DNA from: Lachnospiraceae bacterium
Lineage (GTDB): Bacteria; Bacillota; Clostridia; Lachnospirales; Lachnospiraceae
Direction of reading: 5' to 3'
NCBI GenBank assembly: GCA_014804785.1
Contig: JAAUZD010000016.1
Coordinates: 49,256-113,255 of the forward strand
DNA length: 64,000 nucleotides
Shown here: positions 29,362 through 40,300 of the stretch, one piece after another
Numbering within the stretch: the first letter of the stretch is position 1
Layout: each line of letters begins with the position of its first letter
Made by a program: the position numbers and the translations under genes
Notes under the pieces: generated by a model
The model's input: only the letters and a program-made list of their open reading frames with translations
Told to the model about the DNA's origin: nothing
Databases searched by the model: none

Positions 29362-29763
29362 TTACCATACGTATGCGAGCACTTCGCCGCCTACCTGCAA
29401 TTCTCTTGCTTTCTTATCGGTTACAACTCCCTGGTTCGTGGAAATGATTGCAATACCAAGTCCGCCAAGTACTCTGGGGAGTTCTTCCTTTCCGGCATAA
29501 ATACGAAGACCCGGTTTGGAAATTCTCTTTAATCCATTGATGATCTTATCGTTTCTGTCTGCACCATACTTCAAAGTGATGCGGATTGTCTTGAAGCTTC
29601 CTTCATCAATCAGATCATATTTCTTAATATAGCCTTCTTCCAGAAGAATATCAGCAATAGCCAGTTTCATTTTGGAAGAGGGAACATCTACTGTATCATG
29701 TTTTGCAGTATTTGCATTACGGATTCTTGTAAGCATATCTGCAATAGGATCACTCATTGTCAT
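29362..29763 (-). CDS. rpsH: 30S ribosomal protein S8 (uS8)
   Basis: [22 protein letters not shown]... Confidence 0.97.
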   Translation of the reverse strand: MTMSDPIADMLTRIRNANTAKHDTVDVPSSKMKLAIADILLEEGYIKKYDLIDEGSFKTIRITLKYGADRNDKIINGLKRISKPGLRIYAGKEELPRVLGGLGIAIISTNQGVVTDKKARELQVGGEVLAYVW

Positions 29764-29794
29764 TTTATTTCCTCCTATACGAATTTCAATAAAC

Positions 29795-29980
29795 CTACCA
29801 ACTAGCTTTCTTTACACCGGGGATCTGACCCTTGTAAGCTAATTCACGGAAGCAAATTCTGCAAATTCCGTATTTTTTAAGAACAGCATGCGGACGTCCA
29901 CAAACTCTGCAGCGGGTGTACGCTCTGGTAGAGAATTTCGGTTTGCGCTGCTGTTTAATCTTCATTGATGTTTTAGCCAT
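29795..29980 (-). CDS. rpsZ: 30S ribosomal protein S14 type Z (uS14, zinc-binding)
   Basis: 61 aa with [20 protein letters not shown]. Confidence 0.96.
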   Translation of the reverse strand: MAKTSMKIKQQRKPKFSTRAYTRCRVCGRPHAVLKKYGICRICFRELAYKGQIPGVKKASW

Positions 29981-29994
29981 GAATTTACCTCCTT

Positions 29995-30534
29995 CTATTT
30001 AGCAAATGGCATATTAAATAATCTTAATAATTCACGTGCTTCTTCATCTGTCTTCGCTGTTGTGACAAAGATGACATCCATTCCTCTTACTTTATCTACC
30101 TTATCGTATTCAATTTCAGGGAAAATAAGCTGCTCTTTGATACCGAGTGAATAATTACCTCTTCCATCAAATGAGTTGGGGTTCACACCTCTGAAGTCAC
30201 GCACACGGGGCAATGCAAGATTTACAAGACGATCCAGGAAATCATACATCTTCTCCCCACGTAAGGTAACTTTACATCCGATTGCCATACCTTCTCTGAT
30301 CTTGAAGTTAGCAACGGACTTTTTAGCTTTTGTAAGTACAGCCTTCTGACCTGCGATTGTTTCAAGGTCTTTTACAGCAGATTCCAATACTTTCGCATTG
30401 TCTTTTGCTTCGCCTACACCCATGTTGATAACAATCTTGTCAAGCTTCGGTACTTCCATAACATTCTTATATCCGAACTTTTTGATCATAGCATCTACGA
30501 TCTCGTCATTATACATCGTTTTAAGTCTGCTCAC
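29995..30534 (-). CDS. rplE: 50S ribosomal protein L5 (uL5)
   Basis: [43 protein letters not shown]... Confidence 0.97.
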   Translation of the reverse strand: MSRLKTMYNDEIVDAMIKKFGYKNVMEVPKLDKIVINMGVGEAKDNAKVLESAVKDLETIAGQKAVLTKAKKSVANFKIREGMAIGCKVTLRGEKMYDFLDRLVNLALPRVRDFRGVNPNSFDGRGNYSLGIKEQLIFPEIEYDKVDKVRGMDVIFVTTAKTDEEARELLRLFNMPFAK

Positions 30535-30558
30535 GCTTCCAGTTCTCCTTTCCTAGAA

Positions 30559-30870
30559 TTAATCAATCACTTCGCCTGTTGATTTTGCAAAACGTACTTT
30601 CTTGTCGTTTTCAAATTTGAAACCAACTCTTGTAGTCTGTCCCTTGTGGACATACATTACGTTTGAGATATCAATGGGCGCTTCTTTTTGAATAATTCCG
30701 CCATTCTGGTTCGCTGCTGAAGGTTTTGTATGTTTTGTAACCATGTTGGCGCCCTCTACGATAACCTTATGGTTTTTAGCGTCAACAGACATTACCTTTC
30801 CTTCTGTTCCTTTATCTTTGCCGGCAATTACCTTAACGGTATCACCTTTTTTAATTTTTAAAGTTGCCAT
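30559..30870 (-). CDS. rplX: 50S ribosomal protein L24 (uL24)
   Basis: MATLKIKKGDTVKVIAGKDKG... The ATG at 30870 is 8 nt after GGAGG. The ORF track begins at an upstream GTG. Confidence 0.96.
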   Translation of the reverse strand: MATLKIKKGDTVKVIAGKDKGTEGKVMSVDAKNHKVIVEGANMVTKHTKPSAANQNGGIIQKEAPIDISNVMYVHKGQTTRVGFKFENDKKVRFAKSTGEVID

Positions 30871-30882
30871 GCTACGCACCTC

Positions 30883-31251
30883 CTATAATACTTCCGGAGC
30901 CAGAGAAACAATCTTCATGAACTGTTTTTCACGAAGCTCTCTTGCTACCGGTCCAAAAATACGTGTTCCTCTGGGAGTCTTATCATCTTTAATGATAACA
31001 GCAGCATTTTCATCAAATTTAATATAAGAACCATCTTTGCGACGTGCGCCCTTAACGGTACGAACAACAACAGCCTTTACGACGTCACCTTTTTTTACAA
31101 CGCCGCCTGGTGTTGCATCTTTGACCGTAGCAACAATCACATCACCGATACTTGCATATCTTCTTGTGGATCCACCCATAACTCTGATGCAAAGGATTTC
31201 TTTTGCACCTGTATTGTCAGCGACTTTCAGTCTGCTTTCCTGTTGAATCAT
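30883..31251 (-). CDS. rplN: 50S ribosomal protein L14 (uL14)
   Basis: [28 protein letters not shown]... Confidence 0.98.
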   Translation of the reverse strand: MIQQESRLKVADNTGAKEILCIRVMGGSTRRYASIGDVIVATVKDATPGGVVKKGDVVKAVVVRTVKGARRKDGSYIKFDENAAVIIKDDKTPRGTRIFGPVARELREKQFMKIVSLAPEVL

Positions 31252-31275
31252 GCCAATTCTCCTTCCAAAATATTC

Positions 31276-31533
31276 CTATTTAGCTTTTTCTACGATTTCT
31301 ACAAGTCTCCATCTCTTATCCTTGGATAAAGGTCTTGTTTCCATCACTTTAACGGTATCACCGATGCCGCACTCGTTGTTTTCGTCATGCGCTTTTAACT
31401 TGTAAGTATTCTTAACGACTTTTTTGTAAAGCGGATGTTTCACATGTTCTTCGATTGCAACAACGATTGTCTTATCCATTTTATCACTGATAACTTTACC
31501 GGTACGTGTTTTTCTTAAATTTCTTTCTTCCAC
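31276..31533 (-). CDS. rpsQ: 30S ribosomal protein S17 (uS17)
   Basis: ...[32 protein letters not shown]... Confidence 0.97.
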   Translation of the reverse strand: MEERNLRKTRTGKVISDKMDKTIVVAIEEHVKHPLYKKVVKNTYKLKAHDENNECGIGDTVKVMETRPLSKDKRWRLVEIVEKAK

Positions 31534-31583
31534 GACTTTTAGTCTCCTTTCTTTGACATTCCTGCAACTTGATCTTTAAGGTC

Positions 31584-31790
31584 TTATGCCTCTTTCTGTT
31601 TCTGTGTGATCACTGTCTGAATTCTTGCGATATTTCTTCTGACTTCTTTAATTCTTGCGGTATTATCCAGCTGATTCGTTGCATTCTGGAATCTCAAATT
31701 GAAAAGTTCTTTCTTAGCTGCCACTAAATCCTCAGCCAGCGCTGCAGCTGATTTTGCCTGTAAATCTTCTACATACTTGTTAGTTTTCAT
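31584..31790 (-). CDS. rpmC: 50S ribosomal protein L29 (uL29)
   Basis: 68 aa from an internal Met: [41 protein letters not shown]... The longer ORF to 31931 overlaps rplP and is rejected. Confidence 0.94.
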   Translation of the reverse strand: MKTNKYVEDLQAKSAAALAEDLVAAKKELFNLRFQNATNQLDNTARIKEVRRNIARIQTVITQKQKEA

Positions 31791-32217
31791 TTGATGCACC
31801 ACCTTCCAAGTCTGCCTTAGAAACAATCTTGCATTTGCAAGGAAGCTTATGTGTTGCAAGACGCAACGCTTCTTTTGCGATTTCTTCGGAAACTCCTGCG
31901 ATTTCAAACATAACACGTCCGGGTTTAACAACCGCTACCCAGTACTCCAGTGTACCTTTACCGGAACCCATACGTGTTTCTGCGGGTTTTGCTGTTACTG
32001 GTTTGTCAGGGAAAATCTTAATCCAGACTTTACCGCCACGCTTGATATAACGGGTCATAGCAACACGGGCTGCTTCAATCTGGTTTGATTTAATCCAACA
32101 TGGCTCTAATGCAACAATACCGTATTCACCGTAAGTAATTGTGTTGCCGCGAGTCGCTTTTCCTCTCATGGTGCCACGGAACTGTTTACGACGTTTAACT
32201 CTTTTAGGCATTAACAT
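31780..32217 (-). CDS. rplP: 50S ribosomal protein L16 (uL16)
   Basis: [25 protein letters not shown]... Confidence 0.98.
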   Translation of the reverse strand: MLMPKRVKRRKQFRGTMRGKATRGNTITYGEYGIVALEPCWIKSNQIEAARVAMTRYIKRGGKVWIKIFPDKPVTAKPAETRMGSGKGTLEYWVAVVKPGRVMFEIAGVSEEIAKEALRLATHKLPCKCKIVSKADLEGGASNEN

Positions 32218-32888
32218 TATTTATCGCTCCCTTCCTGCACTGTCTTTTCTTCATTCTTCTTGGTAGGAAGTACTTCACCCTTGTAGATCCATACTTTTAC
32301 ACCTACTTTGCCATAGGTTGTATTAGCTTCAGCGAATCCATATTCGATATCAGCACGAAGTGTCTGAAGAGGAATCGTACCTTCGCTGTAAAACTCTGTA
32401 CGAGCCATATCTGCACCGCCAAGACGTCCTGAAACAGATGTCTTGATGCCAAGCGCGCCTGCTTTCATGGTTCTTCCCATGCAGGACTTCATAGCACGTC
32501 TGAAGGAAACACGGTTTTCAAGCTGCTGTGCGATATTTTCTGCAACAAGCTGTGCATCCTTGTCAGGTCTCTTGATTTCTTTAATGTCTACCAGTACTTT
32601 CTTTCCTGTCATCTTGGAAAGTTCTTTCTTGGTCACTTCGATTTCAGCGCCGCCCTTACCGATTACGACACCGGGCTTAGCTGTGTAAATGATAACTTTT
32701 ACTCTGTCGGAAGCTCTCTCGATTTCAATCTTGGAAACCCCGGCACTGTATAATTTCTTTTTCAGAAATTTTCTGATATCATAGTCTTCTACAAGAAAAT
32801 CAGAAAAATCTGCTTCTGCGTACCATTTAGAATCCCAATCCTTAATAATACCGACTCTCAAGCCGTGAGGATTAACTTTCTGTCCCAT
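32217..32888 (-). CDS. rpsC: 30S ribosomal protein S3 (uS3)
   Basis: [24 protein letters not shown]... Confidence 0.98.
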   Translation of the reverse strand: MGQKVNPHGLRVGIIKDWDSKWYAEADFSDFLVEDYDIRKFLKKKLYSAGVSKIEIERASDRVKVIIYTAKPGVVIGKGGAEIEVTKKELSKMTGKKVLVDIKEIKRPDKDAQLVAENIAQQLENRVSFRRAMKSCMGRTMKAGALGIKTSVSGRLGGADMARTEFYSEGTIPLQTLRADIEYGFAEANTTYGKVGVKVWIYKGEVLPTKKNEEKTVQEGSDK

Positions 32889-32963
32889 ATAATTACTTTG
32901 CTCCTTTCTTAGTCCCGAAAATGCGAAGCATTTTCTTCAGTCTGCTTTGCAGGCTGTCTCCTC

Positions 32964-33368
32964 CTATCTTTCATCCAGCACAATTGTAATGTGGCTCATT
33001 CTCTTTTCGATCCTGTAAGCTCTTCCCTGTGCTCTCGGTCTTACTCTTTTCATTGTAGGTCCCTTATTTGCATAACATTCTGCAACATAAAGGTGTTCCG
33101 GATTCGGATACTTTGTAGGGTCCTGGCTGTACAAATATTCAGCATTTGCACGGGCAGACTCTAATAATTTCTTGATGATGCTGGATGCATATCTGGGATT
33201 GTATTCCAGAATACCCAGTGCAGTTTCCACATCTTTGCCTCTGATGGCATCTAATACGAAACATGCTTTCTGAACAGACACTCTTGCGTAAGATAACTTA
33301 GCTGAAGGTCTTGTATCTTTCTGCGCATTTCTCTCTCTTTTAATTTGGGATCTATGTCCTTTTGCCAT
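32964..33368 (-). CDS. rplV: 50S ribosomal protein L22 (uL22), with an N-terminal basic extension of about 20 aa
   Basis: ...AKLSYARVSVQKACFVLDAIRGKDVETALGIL...ITIVLDER. Confidence 0.95.
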   Translation of the reverse strand: MAKGHRSQIKRERNAQKDTRPSAKLSYARVSVQKACFVLDAIRGKDVETALGILEYNPRYASSIIKKLLESARANAEYLYSQDPTKYPNPEHLYVAECYANKGPTMKRVRPRAQGRAYRIEKRMSHITIVLDER

Positions 33369-33379
33369 GATGAAACCTC

Positions 33380-33661
33380 CTATCTTACTTTAGACTTCTT
33401 TTCGTCTTTTCCGTGTCCTCTATAAGTTCTGGTTGCAACAAACTCACCTAATTTATGTCCAACCATATCTTCTGTCACATATACAGGCACATGTTTTCTT
33501 CCGTCATGCACTGCAAATGTGTGTCCCACAAAAGAGGGGAAGATTGTGGAACGACGGGACCAGGTCTTGATGACCTGCTTCTGTCCTGATGCATTCATTG
33601 CATCTACTTTTTTAAGCAGACTTGCATCTGCAAAAGGTCCTTTTTTCAGTGATCTAGCCAT
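33380..33661 (-). CDS. rpsS: 30S ribosomal protein S19 (uS19)
   Basis: [19 protein letters not shown]...[17 protein letters not shown]... Confidence 0.98.
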   Translation of the reverse strand: MARSLKKGPFADASLLKKVDAMNASGQKQVIKTWSRRSTIFPSFVGHTFAVHDGRKHVPVYVTEDMVGHKLGEFVATRTYRGHGKDEKKSKVR

Positions 33662-33680
33662 TTTCTTCTCTCCTCCTTAA

Positions 33681-34523
33681 TTATTTGATGGCTCTGCCGT
33701 CTCTTCTTCTTACGATCAGCTTATTAGAAGCTTTTTTCTTCTTACGCGTCTTAAGTCCAAGAGCAGGCTTGCCCCAAGGTGTGCAGGGACCGGGACGTCC
33801 GATACCGGTCTTACCTTCACCACCGCCGTGAGGATGATCGTTCGGGTTCATAACAGAACCACGTACTGTAGGGCGGATGCCCATATGACGCTTACGTCCT
33901 GCTTTACCAATCTTAATCAGACTGTGCTCAACATTGCCCACAACGCCAACTGTTGCGCGACAGTTAATCGGTACCATTCTCATTTCGCCTGAAGGAAGAC
34001 GAAGTGTTGCATATTTTCCTTCTTTCGCCATCAGCTGTGCACTGTTTCCAGCGGAACGCACCAGCTGACCACCCTTTCCGGGATATAATTCAACGTTGTG
34101 TACCTGCGTACCAACAGGAATTGCTGACAAAGGAAGGCAGTTGCCTACTCTCACTTCAGCTTCAGGACCGTTCATGACCTTCATGCCGTCCTTCAATCCT
34201 TCAGGAGCGATGATATATGCCTTTTCTCCATCTGCATAGCAGATTAATGCAACGTTTGCAGTTCTATTAGGATCATATTCGATTCCAATGACTGTTGCAG
34301 GAATTCCATCCTTATTTCTCTTAAAATCTATAATTCTGTATTTTCTCTTGGAACCGCCTCCGCGGTGTCTTACTGTGATTTTACCCTGATTATTACGACC
34401 AGAATTCTTCTTTAACGAAGTAACGAGCGATTTCTCCGGCGTCGTCTTTGTAACTTCTGCGAAATCAGAACCGGTCATATTTCTTCTAGAAGGTGTATAT
34501 GGGTTATATGTCTTAATTCCCAT
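33681..34523 (-). CDS. rplB: 50S ribosomal protein L2 (uL2)
   Basis: [21 protein letters not shown]...; start at an internal Met of ORF 33681..34553. Confidence 0.97.
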   Translation of the reverse strand: MGIKTYNPYTPSRRNMTGSDFAEVTKTTPEKSLVTSLKKNSGRNNQGKITVRHRGGGSKRKYRIIDFKRNKDGIPATVIGIEYDPNRTANVALICYADGEKAYIIAPEGLKDGMKVMNGPEAEVRVGNCLPLSAIPVGTQVHNVELYPGKGGQLVRSAGNSAQLMAKEGKYATLRLPSGEMRMVPINCRATVGVVGNVEHSLIKIGKAGRKRHMGIRPTVRGSVMNPNDHPHGGGEGKTGIGRPGPCTPWGKPALGLKTRKKKKASNKLIVRRRDGRAIK

Positions 34524-34584
34524 GACTCTTTCTCCTTTCAAGTCCCATTTCATATCGCACTTTTTTGTGCATAGTTTCTATCTT

Positions 34585-34884
34585 TTAAAGCCCAGCAAAA
34601 ATTTCAATTTCCTTGCTGTCTTCTGTCAGCCATACGATTGCCTTTTTGGTCTTTGCAGTCTTACCGTATGTCATGCCGCGCCTTTTGGTCTTTCCATCCA
34701 TGTTCATGGTGTTGACCTTGGCAACCTTTGTTCCTTCGAACATCTTTTCAACCGCTTCTTTGATCATCGTCTTATTTGCTTCGGGATGAACCAAAAAAGT
34801 ATATTTCTTTTCGCTCATACCAGCCATACTCTTTTCAGTAATAACCGGTTTAAGGATTACGTCATAATATTGAATTGCTGCCAT
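34585..34884 (-). CDS. rplW: 50S ribosomal protein L23 (uL23)
   Basis: ...[32 protein letters not shown]... Confidence 0.97.
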   Translation of the reverse strand: MAAIQYYDVILKPVITEKSMAGMSEKKYTFLVHPEANKTMIKEAVEKMFEGTKVAKVNTMNMDGKTKRRGMTYGKTAKTKKAIVWLTEDSKEIEIFAGL

Positions 34885-35504
34885 TATGCATACACCTCCT
34901 CAATCTTCGCTACGGCATCCTTGGTGAGAACCAGTGTATCACCTTTAAGGATATCGTAAACATTCATTGTGTTAACCTGTGCTGTATCAACAGTGGGAAG
35001 GTTTCTTGCAGATAATACAATTTTTTCATCATTGTCAGCGATTACAACCAGCGCCTTGTTTACTTTCAGATTGTCCATCACTGCTTTGAACTTCTTGGTC
35101 TTGATTTCATCAAACTTAAGTTCATCTACTACGATCAGCTTTCCATCCTGTACTCTGCTTGTGAGAACGGATTTAAGAGCTGCTCTCTTTTCTTTCTTAT
35201 TCAATTTGAATGAATAGTCTCTCGGAACGGGTGCAAATACAACACCGCCGCCTTTCCACTGGGGAGCTCTTGTTGAACCCTGTCTTGCATGACCGGTTCC
35301 TTTCTGTCTCCAAGGTTTTCTACCGCCGCCGGAAACTTCAGAACGTGTTTTTGCCTTCTGTGTTCCCTGACGCTTATTAGCAAGATGTTGCACAACTGCC
35401 ATGTGTACCAGGTGTTCGTTAACTGAAACCCCGAATACCGCATCGTTTAATTCCATTGTGCCGACTTCTTTGCCTTCCATATTATAAACAGATACGTTTG
35501 CCAT
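34884..35504 (-). CDS. rplD: 50S ribosomal protein L4 (uL4)
   Basis: ...[37 protein letters not shown]... Confidence 0.97.
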   Translation of the reverse strand: MANVSVYNMEGKEVGTMELNDAVFGVSVNEHLVHMAVVQHLANKRQGTQKAKTRSEVSGGGRKPWRQKGTGHARQGSTRAPQWKGGGVVFAPVPRDYSFKLNKKEKRAALKSVLTSRVQDGKLIVVDELKFDEIKTKKFKAVMDNLKVNKALVVIADNDEKIVLSARNLPTVDTAQVNTMNVYDILKGDTLVLTKDAVAKIEEVYA

Positions 35505-35532
35505 CTGAATGGTCCTCCTTTCATCAATCAGC

Positions 35533-36216
35533 TTAAGCCATAGCCTTAACAGTTTCTTTGATTGTAACTAAGGCTTTCTTCGGTCCGGGCACTGCACCCT
35601 TTACAAGAAGCAGATTCTTTTCAGCATCTACTCTTACAACTTCAAGGTTCTGTACTGTAACCTTCACGCAGCCCATGTGACCAGGCATTCCTTTGCCTTT
35701 AAATACACGGCTCGGTGAAGAGCAGGCACCATTGGAACCTTGATGACGATGGAATTTGGAACCATGCGCCATGGGACCTCTGTGCTGACCGTGTCTTTTG
35801 ATTGCGCCCTGGAATCCTTTACCTTTGGAAATCGCAGATGCATCAATCTTGTCGCCAGCCTCAAACATATCCACTTTGATTTCACTTCCAAGTGTATATT
35901 CCTCAGCATTATCAAACTTGAACTCTCTGACATATCTCTTGCAGGAAACGCCTGCCTTATCAAAATGTCCTTTCAGAGCCTTGTTGACGCCATGTCTGTG
36001 AATGACTTCTTTCTTTCCGCTCTTGTCTTTGTTTACAATTCTTTCCTTCTTGTCAACAAAGCCAACCTGTACTGCGCTGTAACCATCATTTTCGACTGTC
36101 TTGATCTGTGTTACCACACAGGGTCCAGCCTGAAGTACAGTTACAGGAATCAAGCTGCCGTCCTCACCAAAAATCTGAGTCATTCCGATTTTGGTAGCTA
36201 AAATACCTTTTTTCAT
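35533..36216 (-). CDS. rplC: 50S ribosomal protein L3 (uL3)
   Basis: [33 protein letters not shown]... Confidence 0.97.
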   Translation of the reverse strand: MKKGILATKIGMTQIFGEDGSLIPVTVLQAGPCVVTQIKTVENDGYSAVQVGFVDKKERIVNKDKSGKKEVIHRHGVNKALKGHFDKAGVSCKRYVREFKFDNAEEYTLGSEIKVDMFEAGDKIDASAISKGKGFQGAIKRHGQHRGPMAHGSKFHRHQGSNGACSSPSRVFKGKGMPGHMGCVKVTVQNLEVVRVDAEKNLLLVKGAVPGPKKALVTIKETVKAMA

Positions 36217-36278
36217 TTCTTTACCTCCATTTGCTTCTACAGCGGGCCTCTATCGGGCCATTCTAGTGTAATGGTTTC

Positions 36279-36596
36279 TTATTTGTTTTTCATCTTGATA
36301 TCAATATACACACCGGCGGGCATCTCTAATCTCTGCAGAGCATCTACCGTCTTAGGTGTAGGTGTGATGATATCGATCAGTCTCTTGTGAGTTCTTTGTT
36401 CGAACTGTTCTCTGGAATCTTTGTATTTGTGAACCGCTCTTAAGATTGTAACAACTTCCTTCTTAGTAGGAAGAGGTACCGGTCCGCTTACCTGTGATCC
36501 ATTCTTCTTGACTGTTTCGATGATTTTTTTGGCAGATGCATCAACCAACTGATGATCATAAGCCTTGAGTGTGATTCTCATTACTTGACTTGCCAT
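36279..36596 (-). CDS. rpsJ: 30S ribosomal protein S10 (uS10)
   Basis: ...[39 protein letters not shown]... Confidence 0.97.
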   Translation of the reverse strand: MASQVMRITLKAYDHQLVDASAKKIIETVKKNGSQVSGPVPLPTKKEVVTILRAVHKYKDSREQFEQRTHKRLIDIITPTPKTVDALQRLEMPAGVYIDIKMKNK

Positions 36597-36900
36597 AAAA
36601 AAAGTCGCCTCCTTTTCGCACTTTTAAATGAATTAAGTACGACAAGCGGTGACTGTACACTCTCCCGTGCGTGTCCTGCCTCTCCTCAAAGTTAAGCGCA
36701 GATTTCTCTGCACGCTTCAAAGGGGCACGCTTAACGCCCGTGTTTCTGTCTTATTTGACAGACAATATGTTTGTACAGTGACTTGCCGTCAGGTTCTTAG
36801 GTCTGGCAGTTGCCAGCCTCTTGACATTCGCTCCACGGAAAACCTGCAGTGCCTTTCGGCAAAGCAGCAACCTCACGCTTCATCGCTATCATGCCACAGC
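36597..36900 (-). promoter_or_regulatory. About 300-nt GC-rich structured 5' leader of the S10 operon
   Basis: It lies between a consensus promoter and the rpsJ RBS (AAGGAGG). It contains GNRA-capped hairpins, a long-range ACTGTACA/TGTACAGT helix and mutually exclusive GTTAAGCG/CGCTTAAC pairing (see findings). Confidence 0.5.
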
Positions 36901-36907
36901 AATTAAT

Positions 36908-36936
36908 AGTATACATGATGTTATTCCATCATGCAA
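36908..36936 (-). promoter_or_regulatory. SigA-type promoter of the S10 operon
   Basis: Minus strand TTGCAT (36931-36936), 17-nt spacer, TATACT (36908-36913). Confidence 0.65.
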
Positions 36937-37015
36937 GAACTTTTTTGAAAATATTTTACATTTTTTTCTTATGATTTTTTGTGCAATATATACATAGTGG
37001 TTTTATCTCATATGC

Positions 37016-37216
37016 CTAAAACATTACCAGTAATGCCACCAAGCCGCCAATGCCGCATACAGTTGCTATCGCACCAAGTACTTTCACAGCCATCTTTGAA
37101 GGCGCATTGGGAAAGATTTTCTTAAATTTTTCATAAGGAAGAAACAACGTCATTCCTCCCATCAGCAAGATAAAAATCGTTGCTATAACATTCACTATCG
37201 TTCGCGCTATTCCCAT
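37016..37216 (-). CDS. Small hypothetical membrane protein (about 66 aa, 2 TM)
   Basis: MGIARTIVNVIATIFILLMGGMTLF...AIATVCGIGGLVALLVMF. The start within ORF 37016..37291 is uncertain. Confidence 0.45.
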   Translation of the reverse strand: MGIARTIVNVIATIFILLMGGMTLFLPYEKFKKIFPNAPSKMAVKVLGAIATVCGIGGLVALLVMF

Positions 37217-37391
37217 TTTGACACCATACCTTTCCTGGCAGTTTTTTATACTCTCTTTTGACTGACACCCAAAAGACCGATTACAATCCATCCTCTATGC
37301 TTTCCGCTCTTTGACGCATTACCATAATAATATCCAACTCTACCATAGCAGTCAACTAAAAATTTACTACAGCACTGCATCAAAGATTGTT

Positions 37392-40300
37392 TTAGTCAGC
37401 ATATTTCACATCTCCTTTTGTAGAATGTTTGATGGCATAAAGCACCTCATCAGCTTTTGAGATCGTTTCCGTTATCGCATCATCATCTGTAATCCCTCTC
37501 ATGGCAGCTATGCCAATCGAGCAGGACAATTCCTTTTCCTTCGGAATCACCACACTTTTCCCTGACATTTCCGTGATAATATCCACAAACCCCTTCTTTT
37601 CCCTTATAATGTTTAAAATGCTTCTTCCAAGATCCAACGCTCTTTGTTTATCAACAAACTTAAGACTGATCAGAAATTCGTCTCCGCCATATCTGGCTGC
37701 AAATCCACAATCCTTTGAAATCTTGCGCAGGATTTCCGCAACTTCTTTTAAAATACGATCCCCCGCCGCATGACCAAAAGTATCGTTATAATATTTGAAA
37801 TTATCCAGATCAATATAGAGAAAGGTTATGTCCCGGGTCACCTGTTCTTCTACCCATCTTTTGATTTTCTGGTAGAAACCATTCCTGTTATAAAGAGAGG
37901 TCAGGTAATCAGTAATTGCCGATTTTTCCAATCTGTTGTTGATGCTCCTTATCTGCTCCGTGTGTTCCAGCTTTTCCACTTCATTGCGGAGCTGCATAAG
38001 TACAAGATTGAAAATCTCCATATCGCTTTCATCCAGCATAAATTTTGTCCGCGGTGCATTCCAGTTATCTTTCATTAAAATATACATAATAAAAATACTG
38101 TTCAGCTTCTCACCTACATAATAAGGGAGGCACACCATAGAACAGATCTGTGATATTCCAAACAAAGAAAGAACACGTTTGTACTCTATATAGTTCTTCT
38201 TCAGTTTTGATATGACAAAGCCTGAACGATGAACCGAGAAATATCTGGTGAGCTCCTCAATACCTTCCTCGCTTAAGGCAATCTGCCCAGCGTCAAAGCA
38301 GATATTCGGTTCATCATCTCTATAATGAATATAAAGCATAGCATCAATGCCAAAGTTCAGCATAAATGTATTTAACGCATTCTGAACCAGCTCATCAAAA
38401 CTCTTTCCCGAAATATCTGTCATTTTCTGCCATGCAGAAATAAAATCCATCCGCTTTTTCAAGGTCTCGTAATCCTTAACGATTCCTGCCTGCTTTGTTG
38501 CAGCCTGGATTTCCTGCAGTGTAACGCCGGAAAGTTCCGTCGCTGCTTTATGCTCCTGCTTATATTTTGCTCCACAGCGCGCCGCTTCCAGCATACGCCG
38601 CTTTTCCGAAACGCCGCATGCTTTCGCATAACGGATTCCCTTTTCAAGTTCTTCTGCCGCTTCCGCTTCCCTTCCCATTTTCTTTAGCAGCTGTGCCATC
38701 GTGATTTCATACTGCACCACACTGAAAAACTGATACCCTGTACTTCTTTCCATATAAATCCTTGCGTTCTCCATAAGGGCAAGGGCTTCCTCGTATTGAT
38801 CTTTATCCATCTCCACAAGCGCACTGACATAATAATATAGGAAGAGATCGTCATCGCATGCCGTATAAGACGAATCCAGTTTTCTGTTTTGAATCTCCTC
38901 TTCCATGGTTCGATTCAAAATATGTTCTAAAAGCTGTAATGCATTGTCCAGGTAAAGTCTGGTATCATATCCTCTCCCAAGCCGAAAACTGCAAAGCGCC
39001 AAAAGACCGAATATTTTAGAAATATTGCAGACTCTCAAATCATTTAAATGAAGAATATTGATAATTCTCATACAATTTAAAAGATATTGGTAGGCAACAA
39101 GATATTCATCTGCAAGCATACAATTGATTGCCATATTATACAAAGTTTCCCCTACATAATTCATCATATTCATACGATGATATATAGCAATTGCCTTATT
39201 GTAATATCTGTTCGCTTCCTCATACTGCTCCGCTGCACAGCAATTATACCCCAGCCCATTATAGATATCCGCAAGTTTCATAGGGTTTTTATCCCCCACA
39301 ATTTCCATGCATTTGTAATAATAATAATTGGTTACGGGAAACAATCCGAACAGAGAAGAGCGCATGATATTCTTTCTGTATGCAATCAGCATAAGATTTT
39401 TATTGCGAAGTTTCCTTGCGATCTCTATTCCTTTTTGAAAGCAGACCAGCTTCTCCTCCCCTTCAGCAAGAAGTCTGACATCGTTATCATAGGCAAAGAT
39501 ATACGTATATGCCAGGTGGTTTTCATAATCATACTTCTCTGCCAGTTCCAGAAATTCCGCTGAAACATCTATGTCCGTGGAACAAAAGAAAATATTATGC
39601 CAGCCGGACATCCTCACCATCACATCTAGAAGAATAGCCTTGAATATGTAATATCCGCCTAATTCCCCAGCCGCCAATTCCATACAGGTATCTGCACATT
39701 CTTTGGCAGTATTCAAATTTCCGCTATACATCTGTACCTGTCCAAGAATATAGCAATACCAGAACCTCTTTCCCGCAGACTTACCTTTCTTCGGCAAAAA
39801 TCGAATGTCATCACACAACAGCAATGCCTTTGACATGTCCGAATATATGGAAATCATAGCATAGAGCATATAAAGGTCAAAAACCCACTCCTCATCAATT
39901 GAAAGCTTTTCCACTTCAATTTTGTGATAAATGAGAGCCATATAGTACTGTGCCTGCTCATAATCAAGCAGATAATACATATTGTTCAATTTAATCAAAT
40001 ACTCATCAATGCAGCTGCTCTTAAAGTGGAAATAACTATTTTCCTCTTCCACTTCGGTTACCTCTTCTCCTCCATCTACAATGCAATGATAATCTTCCAG
40101 TTTTTCCAGCCAAGTTTCCCAGATTTCCTTCATATGCGGCAACTGGATATAACGCTCATTAAAGGCTCCGTAGACAATGATCTTCCCATTCTCTGCTTCC
40201 AATAATTCAAGCAGAAGCATAATCGAAGAGTGTGACGCCATATTCAGATTGTCCAAAAGGAAAAATAGAGGATACTTTTCCGATAATAGAGTAAGCACAG

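Noticed and set aside
31584-31931. 115-aa version of the rpmC ORF.
   Set aside because: The N-terminal 47 codons overlap rplP in another frame. The conserved L29 sequence begins at the Met at 31790.
34522-34959. 145-aa plus-strand ORF across rplW/rplB.
   Set aside because: It is antisense to ribosomal protein genes, so it is a shadow ORF.
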